NCBI GenBank assembly: GCA_965227835.1 | Contig: OZ245768.1 | Location: 540,001 to 572,000, forward strand | Origin: Candidatus Saccharimonadota bacterium | Lineage (GTDB): Bacteria; Patescibacteriota; Gracilibacteria; BD1-5; UBA6164 | Length of the DNA stretch: 32,000 nt | Direction of reading: 5' to 3' | In this document: positions 21,452 through 31,176 of the stretch, piece by piece | How the letters are laid out: every line of letters begins with the position of its first letter | Position numbering within the stretch: position 1 is the stretch's first letter | Notes under the pieces: generated by a model | The model's input: the letters and a program-made list of their open reading frames with translations, nothing else | The model's database searches: none | What the model was told of the DNA's origin: nothing | Translations under genes and position numbers: made by a program

Positions 21452-21715
21452 TTAGGAGAATTTATAAGTAAAATAACTAAGTAATCATATAATATCTTCT
21501 TTTAAAACTACTACGATGTCATTTTCTCTCTGAAGTAGCCTTTTAAATATTTTTATCCATGTTCAAATTAAATCTTTTTTTAAATCTATTACTTCTAGAG
21601 AATTTTTAAAATAAGTTTTATCAGCTTCACAGAAGCTATATTTATATTCTATTCCTCAAAGAGAAAATACATCAGTTTCTTGTTTCTTATATTTATTTAG
21701 ATCAAGAGTTTCCAT
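21452..21715 (-). CDS. Hypothetical protein (87 aa), possibly a second tail chaperone
   Basis: ATG at 21715 overlaps the major tail stop (TAATG). TAA at 21452-21454, 264 nt. Confidence 0.5.
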
Positions 21716-22482
21716 TAGCTAACTGCTTGTTCATCAAAAATTTCAAAGATATTATTGTTACCATCAGGATATCCTATAAATTCTACTGGAATACTTGCTA
21801 CTGACTCAAGATCATCATCTTCAGGGAAATCAAAAGCAAGATTGCTTGTTGCATAACCTTTATAGATTTTGATACCGAATTTTTTACCATTTTCATCAGT
21901 ATTTTCAAATGTAACTTCATATAGATTAAGAGCCTTAAGTACATCTTTATAAATCACAGCTTTTGAAACATTAGGAGTGTAAGTATATGTTACTGTAATT
22001 TCTCCAGCTTGTGCTGATTTAAATAAAATATATGTTTCTCCTAGTTCTCAATTTTCTCCATCTCAAACATAAGTTGAATATGATGTAGACGTAACTGTAG
22101 TTCCATCAGCTTTTACATTTGTAATAGTGATAATACTATCATCTCCATTCTTATTATTAAGCTTAAAAGGAGTATAAGCTATACCAACTGCTCAGTAAAC
22201 TTCATCTGTTACTGTTGTAGGTATTCCTGCTGTATTTACTAAATCTCCGATTCCATCTACTTTTGCAATGTTATCTAAAAATAATTCAGCAAGTTCAGCA
22301 TTAAATTTAACCTGATCTATCTTTTTTCTTGGTGGTAGTTTAGAGTTAGCAAATTTTAATTGAGCTATCAAGAATGACACTTCTAGTCATGCTCATTTCA
22401 ATGCTCATACATTTACTCCATCTAATTTCAGAATACCATTTCACATTCTGATAGAATCAGATCTTTGCACTGGTGTTTGCAT
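21715..22482 (-). CDS. Major tail protein (255 aa)
   Basis: ATG at 22482. Track ORFs 22192..22380 and 21715..21957 are in the same frame, joined through TGA, 768 nt. The protein is beta-rich with an acidic C-terminus. Position is upstream of the chaperone and tape measure genes. Confidence 0.65.
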
Positions 22483-22502
22483 ATTTTATATTGGTTAAAA
22501 AA

Positions 22503-22551
22503 ATAATACCTGTATAAACTACAAGTATTATTTTTCCCCTCAAGGTCATTT
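22503..22551 (-). promoter_or_regulatory. Repeated element, copy 3: box AAATGACCTTGAGGGGAA (22534-22551) plus an imperfect 13-bp hairpin (22503-22533) and T-run
   Basis: The box starts 4 nt after the upstream TAA. The box end is 52 nt from ATG 22482. The spacing is TTGAGG-N17-AGTTTA. Confidence 0.6.
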
Positions 22552-22555
22552 CAGT

Positions 22556-22966
22556 TTAGAATTTCTGATCTTTAAATACAAATTTAAAAGTAAGAGGTTT
22601 ACGAAATAAATTCTTTTCAGGATTAGACATATCAGGTCATACATTTACAAGTTGTGACTTTACTCCATCATCTTTTGATCTATTAAATAATCAAACTACT
22701 AGATCCTTTATTTCTTCAAACTCTTCCATATTTGTTGCCCAAACATCTATTTGAAAGGAATCTTTTCTTATTCATAGATTATTTGTACTTCATCATACAT
22801 GACTATAGCTTATAAAAGGTCTATCAGTTCCTTTTATACTTTCAAGATCTCTACATATAACATTTTCAGGTCATCAAATTTTTTGTATTAAATTTACATA
22901 ATTTGTGAGTCTATCATATATGTATTTTCTTATATCTATAAATCATAATTCACTATGTTCTATCAT
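22556..22966 (-). CDS. Tail completion / head-tail joining protein (DUF3168-like), 136 aa
   Basis: ATG at 22966 and TAA at 22556-22558, 411 nt. Contains 'RPFISYSHV...FQIDVWATNMEEFEEIKDLV'. Confidence 0.5.
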
Positions 22967-23406
22967 GAGTATTTTTTTAATAATTTACTAAAGTTACCTT
23001 TTAATATTTGAGTAAGCTCTTTTTCATTATCATTAAGTCATTGTCTTAAATAACTTCTTTCTTCTATATCATCAGTTCAGAACTCTAAGGCTCTTCAATA
23101 TTCCTCAGTTATTCACTGGTTTACTCCAACAACATATCTTCATTCTCAAATTTTCTCCATTCAAATACTTCTTTTCAAGTTTCATGTAACTCACTCATAC
23201 CAATGACCATCTATTTGTACTGGTTTATAATGACTACTTCTCTCAGGAGCTTTTCAATCTTTTCTATCAATATTATTTTTCGGTAATCTATCTTTATCTC
23301 TCGGAGTTATTTCTCTTACTTTGGAAACAAGAATATTTGATGTAATCAAGACTGATTCATCTATACTTCTTTTTAACACCTGAGTATTCAAACTAAATTC
23401 AGCCAT
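22960..23406 (-). CDS. HK97 gp10-like head-tail protein (148 aa)
   Basis: ATG at 23406. TAG at 22960-22962 overlaps the next ATG. Contains 'KVREITPRDKDRLP...VVGVNQGITEEYGRALEFGT'. Confidence 0.5.
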
Positions 23407-23410
23407 AGTA

Positions 23411-23761
23411 TTAGTTTATAAATCTTAAAATACTTTTATTATGGTCGTGTTTCTTATTCATATAGACCCTTTCTACAAATATAACTTCAAAAGTATTTGT
23501 TTCTTGCAAGACTTTATCTCATTTTTTAGGCAGAGTATCAGTTTTACAATATAATTCGTATTCCTTAGATGTAAAACCTAATTGTCATGCACTATCAAGA
23601 CTATCATCATTTATGGATTTTCATCTCTCTAAAATTATTCACTTAAATAAAATCTGAGTCGAAGAGTCTTTCACTTTCTCTCAATACTTATTCAGACCTT
23701 TAGTAATACTTTCCAGAGTAATATCTTGAAAGGCAAAGCCAAAATTATCTATAAAAGCCAT
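23411..23761 (-). CDS. Putative head closure / head-tail adaptor protein (116 aa)
   Basis: ATG at 23761 and TAA at 23411-23413, 351 nt. The call rests on size and position between the connector and gp10-like genes. Confidence 0.45.
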
Positions 23762-23768
23762 AAATTTT

Positions 23769-24362
23769 TTAAATTATTCATTTAAAAGATTTATACTTTG
23801 AAATTATCATATCGAAGTTTTGTTTAATAGCTATATTAAATCTATCTTTAATGTTAGATTCTCTCTCAGACTCTCAAAAGTAAGTTACAGAAAGGCTTCC
23901 GAGCTTCTGAGTTTTTATATTTTTATTCTCTAAACTCTCGCTATTATCTCCACTTATTCATAAATCGATTGATAAATTAATGCATAAATCTAAACTCATT
24001 TTCTCTATGTCAGAAGGAACTGTATCAAATCAAATATTATACTTAATTTCTATATTTTTCTTTCATTTTCTAGTCTTTTCTTCTAAATATAGTATATAAT
24101 TATCTATATAATCTACAGTGTAGTTATAAGACTCATTTTTAAGCTTTATATATTCAATATTATTAGCTTTGTGATCTAAGTATATCTTATTACTTCAAGT
24201 TCCATCTACTCTTGCAATTATATCTTGTTTTCATAAGTTATATCATATTTTGGAGTCTATCATATTTGTAGCTTGCTCTATAATTAAAAGAAGCTTTGAA
24301 TCACTACTATTATCAGTAATTCAAAGCTTATCTTTTAAGCTACTTAAAGTAGTATAATTCAT
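23769..24362 (-). CDS. gp6-like head-tail connector protein (197 aa)
   Basis: ATG at 24362 and TAA at 23769-23771, 594 nt. The N-terminus 'LSSLKDKLGITDNSSDSKLLLIIEQATNMI' is typical of this family. Confidence 0.55.
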
Positions 24363-24368
24363 TGTTTG

Positions 24369-24779
24369 TTATATTAATCAATTATCTGTAGCTAAATTTT
24401 TAAGTTCCTCATCTGTTTTTCATTCTAGTTCTGATTCATCTAATATTCACTCATTAACTAATAGTTCTCAGTAATTTGTAGTATCTGAATCTGTATTATC
24501 AGTTATTTTTCCTGATTCAAGTTCATCTACTAACTTATTCAGTTCAGCAACTTTCAATTTTTTATCATACTCTACTCAAGCATGATCTAGAATTTCTCTA
24601 CATTCTTTTCAAGTTCTCTGATTATCATTTTTTACTATATTTTTCTTTTCAATCTTTTCTTTTACTACTGAAAATCAAGCTTGTAAGTAATCATCTAGTT
24701 TTGATTTATCTATATCTAAGATTTGTCATTTCTTAGCTCAGTTATAGATCCTATTTTTATTATTTATAACTCTAACCAT
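24369..24779 (-). CDS. Hypothetical acidic protein (136 aa) downstream of the capsid gene
   Basis: ATG at 24779 and TAA at 24369-24371, 411 nt, open under code 25. Confidence 0.5.
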
Positions 24780-24798
24780 ATTAAATTTATATTAAAAA

Positions 24799-26010
24799 TT
24801 AAGTTGTTTTATTATTTTTAACAAGCACTGTAGCTTCAGGATTTTCTATTAAAATATCTAGTTTCATTTTATACCAGAAATTATATCCATCAGGTGCAAC
24901 TCTTTCAGGTTCAAGTTTTAAGTCAGTTTGGATTCAGATAATTACATTTTTAGGATTCGTTCCTATAATATCAGCACCATCTAAGATTACTTTATCAACT
25001 TTCATTCCAGCTTCTATATCATAGATTAATGGTGTAGTTGTTGTAATAGAATTTGCATCTATAGAAGCTACTATATAAGTCATTTGTGTAGCATTACCAT
25101 AATCTACAGTTATACTATCTCCAGCACTTATACTTCATGTTAAATCAGTATCTATAAATATACCTAAAGTTCATGCATTTTGTGGATTCGTGATATTAGC
25201 TGAAACTCATGTTTTTACAGGATTTTCATTTATCATCAATGATACTTCATTGATTTTAGTTCCTGCAATTCTATTCTTATTAGTTTCTCCATCTCATCTA
25301 TTACCATTTGGATCATTATATAATTCATCTAAATCTATTTGAGTATCAGGATCATGGAAGAATTCTATTTCTTTTTTATATTTATTTGCTAAAGCCTTTT
25401 TAGCTTGAACATATTTTTTTCTTGTAATATCTCTACCTGTAAACACATTCGTATCTGATCCATCTAGTACATTACCATCTTTTTCAATTTGGTATTTAAT
25501 ACCATCAAACATATTTAATATTCAATTATCAGCTGATGGAGTATCTACTTTTCTACCATATATTGCAGTTTCTACTAATTCATTAGCAATCTTTTTAGCA
25601 ATAATTCTTTTCATATGTTCTTCAAAGCTTTTTCACTCGATGTTATCATCAATTTCATCATCTGATAAGTAAAAGAATCACTCTACTTTCTTTGAGCTTA
25701 AGAAAATTGAATCAGTTTGAACTTTATATCATGCTTTACCTGTTTGACCATGAGTTCTTTTACCAGCACCTCAAGGCATTAAAAATTTTCAAGGAGCAAT
25801 TAATTTTGCAATCTCTTTTGTTGGTCATGTCATTGTGATCACTCTGAATTTTTTCAGTAATCAATCTGATTCATCTTTTACATAATCAATAAATTGTTTA
25901 GCTTCATCATTTTTCCAATGAAAATTTACAGGAACTCAGTTTGAATCTAAAGTGAAAGCCTTTTTTAGATCCTCTGTTTTTTGAGTTCTTTTCTTTAGTT
26001 GTATAGGCAT
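24799..26010 (-). CDS. Major capsid protein (HK97-fold type), 403 aa
   Basis: ATG at 26010 and TAA at 24799-24801, 1212 nt, in frame with track ORF 25294..25512. The call rests on position after the scaffold gene, on size, and on the C-terminal 'PDGYNFWYKMKLDILIENPEA'. Confidence 0.75.
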
Positions 26011-26033
26011 TTTTTACTAAATTATAATATAAA

Positions 26034-26450
26034 TTAATCTATTTTTGAGATCCTTTGATCTTTTAAAACTTTTTCTATACTTTCAACTCTATCAATTGTA
26101 GAATCAAGAGCATCAGATACTGTTTTATCATCTTCTTCTTTTTCTTTTTTAATTTTTTCTATATCTCCTGTTAATTCTTTAAGTTGTCACATAAAATTTG
26201 TTACATCATCAGAAGATAAATACATATCCACATATTTTTTGATAGCTTCTTTTCAATCATCTGACTCAAAAAACTTTTTAATATCTTTTTCGGAAGTAGT
26301 TTCAGTTTCATCTTCTACCTCTTTAGAAAGTTTAGCTTTCATTTCAGAAGCCTCTTCAAATTTCTTAATTGCTTCCTCTGATTTATCTTCTTTTAATAGA
26401 GATATACCATCAGAAAAAACTCCAAAAAATTTTTCTAGTAGTTCTTTCAT
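26034..26450 (-). CDS. Scaffolding protein (138 aa, acidic coiled coil)
   Basis: ATG at 26450 (the Met internal to track ORF 26253..26513, whose upstream extension crosses the repeat box). Continues through TGA to TAA 26034-26036, 417 nt. Confidence 0.65.
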
Positions 26451-26494
26451 ATAAATAAATTTAAAATATAAACAATTACAGACTAGTTTCTTTA

Positions 26495-26674
26495 TTATTC
26501 CCCTCAAGGTCATTTCAAATTGGATAGAATCTTATTAAGTCTTTCTTTGTTTTTATTTTTCTTTACTGTTTTAAATAATGCGAATTTATTCTCAGCTTGC
26601 TCTACTGCAGGTGTATTATCTTTTGTTACTAAACTAATTCCATCTACAAACACATTTTTTATATCTCTAGGCAT
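26495..26674 (-). CDS. Small ORF (59 aa) resembling the N-terminal 'ISLV..AN...FAI.K' segment of XkdF-type proteins
   Basis: ATG at 26674. Sequence 'MPRDIKNVFVDGISLVTKDNTPAVEQAENKFALFKTVKK...LKGPGGE', with TAA at 26495-26497, 180 nt. Confidence 0.45.
26498..26515 (-). promoter_or_regulatory. Repeated element, copy 4: box AAATGACCTTGAGGGGAA. The downstream hairpin is weak.
   Basis: The box end is 48 nt from ATG 26450. The spacing is TTGAGG-N17-AGTCTG. The box lies inside the last codons of the 59-aa ORF because no TAA/TAG precedes it. Confidence 0.55.
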
Positions 26675-26684
26675 CTTATTTTTA

Positions 26685-27053
26685 TTAAACTATAAAATAT
26701 CACTCCATTGATACTCAAACAAAATCTCAGGCTTTTACACTTTTGTATAATTCATTATCTAAGAACTTAACTCATACATACCAACTTCATTTTTTCACAA
26801 TAGTTTCTCAAACTATTATGTCATTTGGAGCTATAAAATTTTCTACAAATTGATATTTTGTTTTTTCTATTTCAGTATTTTCTTCATGATCCACATTTAA
26901 AAATTTGTTTTGCATATTAGCACCAAAATCATGAGCTGTTTTTATAATCTCTTCAGAAGTTATTACATCTCAGTTTCTATCTTCAATATCAGGTGTTAAA
27001 ATACAAAAACTCACAGTTTTATGGATATCATCTGTTTTTAGTAGTCTTATCAT
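26685..27053 (-). CDS. XkdF-like putative phage serine protease domain protein (122 aa)
   Basis: ATG at 27053 and TAA at 26685-26687, 369 nt. Sequence 'ILTPDIEDRNGDVITSEEIIKTAHDFGANMQNKFLNVDHEEN...ENFIAPNDIIVGETIVKKGSWYVGVKFLDNELYKSVKAGDFVGVSMEG'. Confidence 0.65.
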
Positions 27054-27076
27054 TGCAGATTTTTAGAAAATAAAAA

Positions 27077-27124
27077 AACACTACTTTTAGTTTAGTAGTG
27101 TTTTGATTCTCTTTAAGGTCTTTT
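27077..27124 (-). promoter_or_regulatory. Repeated element, copy 5 (most divergent): box AAAAGACCTTAAAGAGAA (27107-27124) plus a 9-bp hairpin (27077-27102) and a 7-nt T-run
   Basis: The box overlaps the TAA of the MuF-like gene. The box end is 54 nt from ATG 27053. TTAAAG-N17-AAACTA places the hexamer in the hairpin loop. Confidence 0.6.
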
Positions 27125-27890
27125 AGTCTATCACTCAACTATCAGGATTAACAATACTATAATCAGTATAACATCTACAGTTAAATCAATGAGGTGCATG
27201 ATCTGTATTAGTTCATGGAAATAGTTTATTTTTAGCTATCCATCAAGCATTTTCATTTTCTATATGACTTTCTCTAGCATTACTATCTCATTGAGTAATA
27301 CTTCTTTTATATCAAGTTACTCCAAAATTTTTAGTATATTCATCATGCTGTTTTCTTGATCAGTATTCGTATGCATTTCATACTTCCATTACTGCTATTA
27401 AGCTTGATCTATATGTTGAATACTTTAAAAACTTATCATCAATCTTTTTAGCAATTTCCCCCAGAGTATCTCATTTAGATATTCAATACTCTATAATTTT
27501 TCAAATCTCTTCTCTAGTTGTTTCATCTATTTCAGATATCATTTCTCAGGCTCTTTTTTCTGCATACTCTAATTGATATTCATTACTGATTCAGATATCT
27601 AAACTAAGTCATATATTTTCTAATTCTAACTTACTTTTTTGCTCTTGCTCTAATTGTCAGAGTAAAACTATAGCTGAAAGTTTTTCTATTAATTCTTTAT
27701 TAATTTTTGGATCATTAGCTTTTTTAATATCCTTGTTATCTTTTAGTTCATCAATGTATTTTTTAGCTTCATTTTGAAAGTATTTATTGAAATAGTCTAT
27801 AAAATCATAGAAGTAATTCATAAACTCTTTTGATTTTACTTTTTCAAAATCATCTATTATTTTTTTTACTAATTTTATTTGTTTTTTCAT
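27123..27890 (-). CDS. Minor head / head morphogenesis protein (SPP1 gp7 / Mu F-like), 255 aa
   Basis: Track ORF 27657..27890 continues through TGA. C-terminus reads 'ITQGDSNARESHIENENAGWIAKNKLFPGTNTDHAPHGFNCRCY'. TAA at 27123-27125, 768 nt. Confidence 0.8.
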
Positions 27891-29146
27891 ATTCAGATTT
27901 TATTTAAAAATTTTCACCATTTTGAGTAACTTTTTTCTAGACTTTTTTCTACTTCATCTAATTCCATATCTTCTTTATTGTCAAATTCACTTCATCATGA
28001 TGTTAAAAGTTCATCTCATCAAGGTAATGGATCAAGTCAAAGTGATTCTCTTTGCTCATTAGCAGTAGTAATACCTGCTTTCTTGTATCAAACTGCTATT
28101 TTCATTTCATCTACTCAATTTTTCAAATCTACTTTATTAAAATCAATCTCGTTTATTTCCTCAATAGATATTTCTTTTAAAACTATATCATCTTCCTTTG
28201 CTTTTTTCCAAGATAAAAGTTGAGCTTTTAGTTGTCTTAGTATTTTTCACTGCAAGGGAATAATTATATCAGCATATAAACTCTCTAGAGCTACATTACT
28301 CGTAGCTTTATTTGAGTTTTTCGAGGATAACAAATCAAAAGGAATATTAGTTGATATAGCTATATCTTCTTTTAATTCTCTTTTAAGTGCTATAAATTTA
28401 TCAGGATCTATTCTTGTTGATAGATCTATTTTTCCTATTTTTCAAGTTAGAAATAAAGTATTATGAGAATTATCTATTCCTGATATTTTATCTTTTATCA
28501 TCTCTTCAATCTTTTCTACTTGCTCAGTTGTTAGATTTCAAAGTTCATCATATAGAATATTTGGTTCTATATTTCATCACTTAAAAAAGTTCTTATAGTA
28601 TTTAGTTATAAAAGCTAAAAGTACTACTTCATCAATACAAGAATGGAATAAACTATCTCAATAATGTTTATCTCCAAGTGATCATCTTTTGAAAAATAAC
28701 ACTTCATCATTGGAAAAAGGAACTTTTTTAATTCACTTCTTAGACCTTTGATAATATGCTACTTTTTTGTTGTTTTTAGAAGACTTTCTGATTGTAGGAG
28801 TCAGAATTGTATCAAATTCTAGTAAACTCTCTTTATTCCCATTTTTTAGTCTTTCTGAGAAAGAATTTCAAAAAGTAAGTAGGTTTTGAGCTATAATATC
28901 AATATCCAAGTTATCTAGCAGGTTATCTAGCTCCTCATTATCTGTTCTTATAAATCAGCTATCTACTTTTGATGAAATTTTCTTAATAATTCAAGATATA
29001 ATAGAACTATTATCATAAGCATATAATAATTCATCAAATCATACTTCAGGTTCTATTACTCAATCATTAGAGCTGAATAGTTCATCAGATCTATCATCTA
29101 TCTGTTTTGATACTCACGTTTTAAATAATTTTATTTTATCTGACAT
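27875..29146 (-). CDS. Portal protein (423 aa)
   Basis: ATG at 29146 and TAA at 27875-27877, 1272 nt. It overlaps the MuF-like start by 16 nt. Contains 'YYQRSKKGIKKVPFSNDEVLFFKRGSLGDKHYGDSLFHSCIDEVVLLAFITKYYKNFFKGGNIEPNILY'. Position is between the terminase and head genes. Confidence 0.75.
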
Positions 29147-29164
29147 AATTTTTAGCAAAAAAAT

Positions 29165-29213
29165 AAAGACTAGATTTAGTATCTAATCTTTATCTTTCCC
29201 CTCAAGGTCTTTT
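29165..29213 (-). promoter_or_regulatory. Repeated element, copy 6: box AAAAGACCTTGAGGGGAA (29196-29213) plus an 11-bp hairpin with one mismatch (29165-29191) and T-run
   Basis: The box end is 50 nt from the portal ATG 29146. The spacing is TTGAGG-N17-ATACTA. The box lies inside the last 8 codons of the tandem-HTH ORF. Confidence 0.6.
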
Positions 29214-29690
29214 ATGAAGGTTTCTATTTAACTCAATTATATCATGCAGGCTTGCAACATACCATCTAATTTGGTTTCATTCAGGTTCTGAGAAACCATA
29301 TAATTTTAAAAGCTCTCTTAGATAATATGAATTAAACTTTGGTGCTACATCTCAAGCTTCTATCCTTGTAATCTCTCTTTCAGTTCACTTAATCATCTTT
29401 GCTACTTCTTTTTTTGATAGTTTAAGTTTCTCTCTTCTAGTTTTAAGTAAATTTCATAGTACACTTTCATCACTCTTTAACCATTTTTTCATATTTTCAC
29501 TATAAAATTTATCTTTTTTCAACTCGAAGAATTCATACAAGGTATCGAGAGTTTGAGCTGTATATTTTTTGTTTCTATGTCAGTTCTTAATTGAGTAAAT
29601 AGCCTTACATCATATTCAAGTTTCTTGTCTTAGCTTTTTCATATTATTTTTTTCAAGAAACTCTTTAATTCTTTGTTGTATTAAACTCAT
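29190..29690 (-). CDS. Tandem XRE-type HTH DNA-binding protein (166 aa) between the terminase and portal genes
   Basis: ATG at 29690 and TAA at 29190-29192, 501 nt. HTH 1 reads 'LRQETGIGCKAIYSIKNGHRN'. HTH 2 reads 'LKLSKKEVAKMIKGTEREITRIEAGDVAP', with TGA at the E-x-G glycine. Confidence 0.7.
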
Positions 29691-29700
29691 ATTACACAAA

Positions 29701-31176
29701 TTAAAAAGCTCTAATCTCTCATCAAGCAAATGGTGTAAAACTAAAAACCATACTATCTACCATATCATCATGTTCTCATCATGGGAAAGCAAGCAGTTGA
29801 TTTTCTAAACTTCAAACCTTTTTACTATCTGAACTAAATTTTATAAGTCATCTTTCAAATTCTCATTGGAATTCTCTAAGTCTTGTGACTTTATCTTTTT
29901 CTGAATTAATAACTATTACTGCTAATCATCTCTTTTTTAACATCCTAGCAAGAATAAGTCATCAGTTATTTTGCTCTATATAAATCAAAGAGCATTTGTA
30001 TTTGTTATACAGTTCTACCACACTATTACAGAATTTATCCTCATCTTTATCAGTTCACTCAAATGCTATTGATTCAAGTATATACTTGTGAATTTCTCAA
30101 GTGTATTTTTCTTGAGCTGTTATTGTTAATCACATTGCATCTGTTCAAGTTTTTTCTGAAAAAGCAGGATCTATTCAAAATACTATTTTATAACTCTTAG
30201 GTAGCTTATAAAAATACTTTATATCTGATCTTTTAATTATGCTTTGACCATTCTTGTAAGGGATTAAATTAAAGTTTTGATTATAAGCTATTAATCAATC
30301 TCTTCTTTTTGTCTGCAGAGAAATAAACTTATAAGCATCATCTCTGATGTTTTTATTTTTTTCTCTAGCTTCTTTATCAGTAGAAACGAATCTACTCCAA
30401 CTAATATTTCATTTGATCCTGATAGGTATCCAATAAATTTTAAAATCCTTGTTAGATTCAAAAAATTTCTTTAATCTTGGAATCCTACCATCTTCATTAA
30501 TAACATTTCATAGGAATATTTTTTGTGCAAACGAATTTAATCATCCAAATACTTCTCAAGTCAGGAATCTCATATCAGCTTCAATCAGCTCGGAGTTCTT
30601 AGTGTTTTTATTTGTATCTATATCATCAAATCATACTAAGTCAGGTCTATGAGTTCTTCCATCTCTTCATAAAAACTTCTTTCATCTAGGACTTTTTCAA
30701 ATACTCATTGCTTGAACCTTTATATTTCAATCTATCATAAATTCTCAGATTGTTTTCTTTGTTGGTTCATTTTGTTTTCTTCATTCAGGAGGAATGTATA
30801 AGTGTCAAAAGTCATGTATTAATAATTCATTTGTTTGAAGAATAACTATTATATCAAGTAGCATAGCTTTTGCTTGCTCTATCTCTGAGTTATAATGCAT
30901 TATATATCTTCTTTTCTTATATACGATACAATAAACATAATAGTAAGTTAAAAACATTGTTTTAGCACATTCTCTAAATCAAACAAAAAATATATTTATC
31001 ATATTTTGTAAGTCATCACAGTAGTCTTTATGAAACTGAGCAAGTGCATGACTAAACTCATTTGGGAAATAATACAGACAAAAAGATAGAAAATCTCATT
31101 TAAAATATTCTTTTCTCAAAAATGTTTTATCAATATTTGTAAAAAGATATTCTAGTAGTTCTCCATCTCTCTCCAT
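29701..31176 (-). CDS. terL: Terminase large subunit (491 aa)
   Basis: ATG at 31176 directly follows the TerS TAG. TAA at 29701-29703, 1476 nt. Motifs: 'FFVGFRECAKT' (P-loop region), 'RPDLVGFDDIDT' (Walker B), and the nuclease motifs 'FGIDPAFSEKTGTDAMGL' and 'AFPGGEHDDMVDSMVF'. Confidence 0.85.

Noticed and set aside
20930-21715. Canonical G/GT -1 programmed frameshift in the tail chaperone genes
   Set aside because: The two candidate chaperone ORFs are separated by a 69-nt spacer containing repeat element copy 2. The 150-aa ORF runs uninterrupted into the tape-measure start. I could not identify an overlapping -1 frame with a slippery heptamer.
26451-26513. Upstream extension of the scaffold ORF ('MTLRGIIKKLVCNCLYFKFIY') shown in the track
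   Set aside because: It starts at a non-ATG codon inside repeat box copy 4 and crosses the A/T-rich leader. The internal ATG at 26450 fits the constant 48-54 nt box-to-start spacing.
16111-29213. The six repeat boxes as a CRISPR array or as a conserved C-terminal peptide '(K)(R/G)PGGE'
   Set aside because: The copies are kilobases apart with genes between them, so this is not a repeat-spacer array. In four of six copies a TAA lies 0-4 nt upstream, so the box is untranslated. It is in frame only where no stop happens to precede it.
1145-31000. All plus-strand ORFs in the supplied track (for example 1145..1507, 1844..2080, 7744..7986, 16006..16245, 19862..20125, 20633..20851, 26239..26454, 27978..28223, 30449..30652)
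   Set aside because: Each lies antisense to a long minus-strand frame with recognisable family motifs. Their Ser/Phe/Ile/Leu-rich low-complexity translations are what the antisense of AT-rich Lys/Glu/Asn-rich genes produces. None has a recognisable motif.
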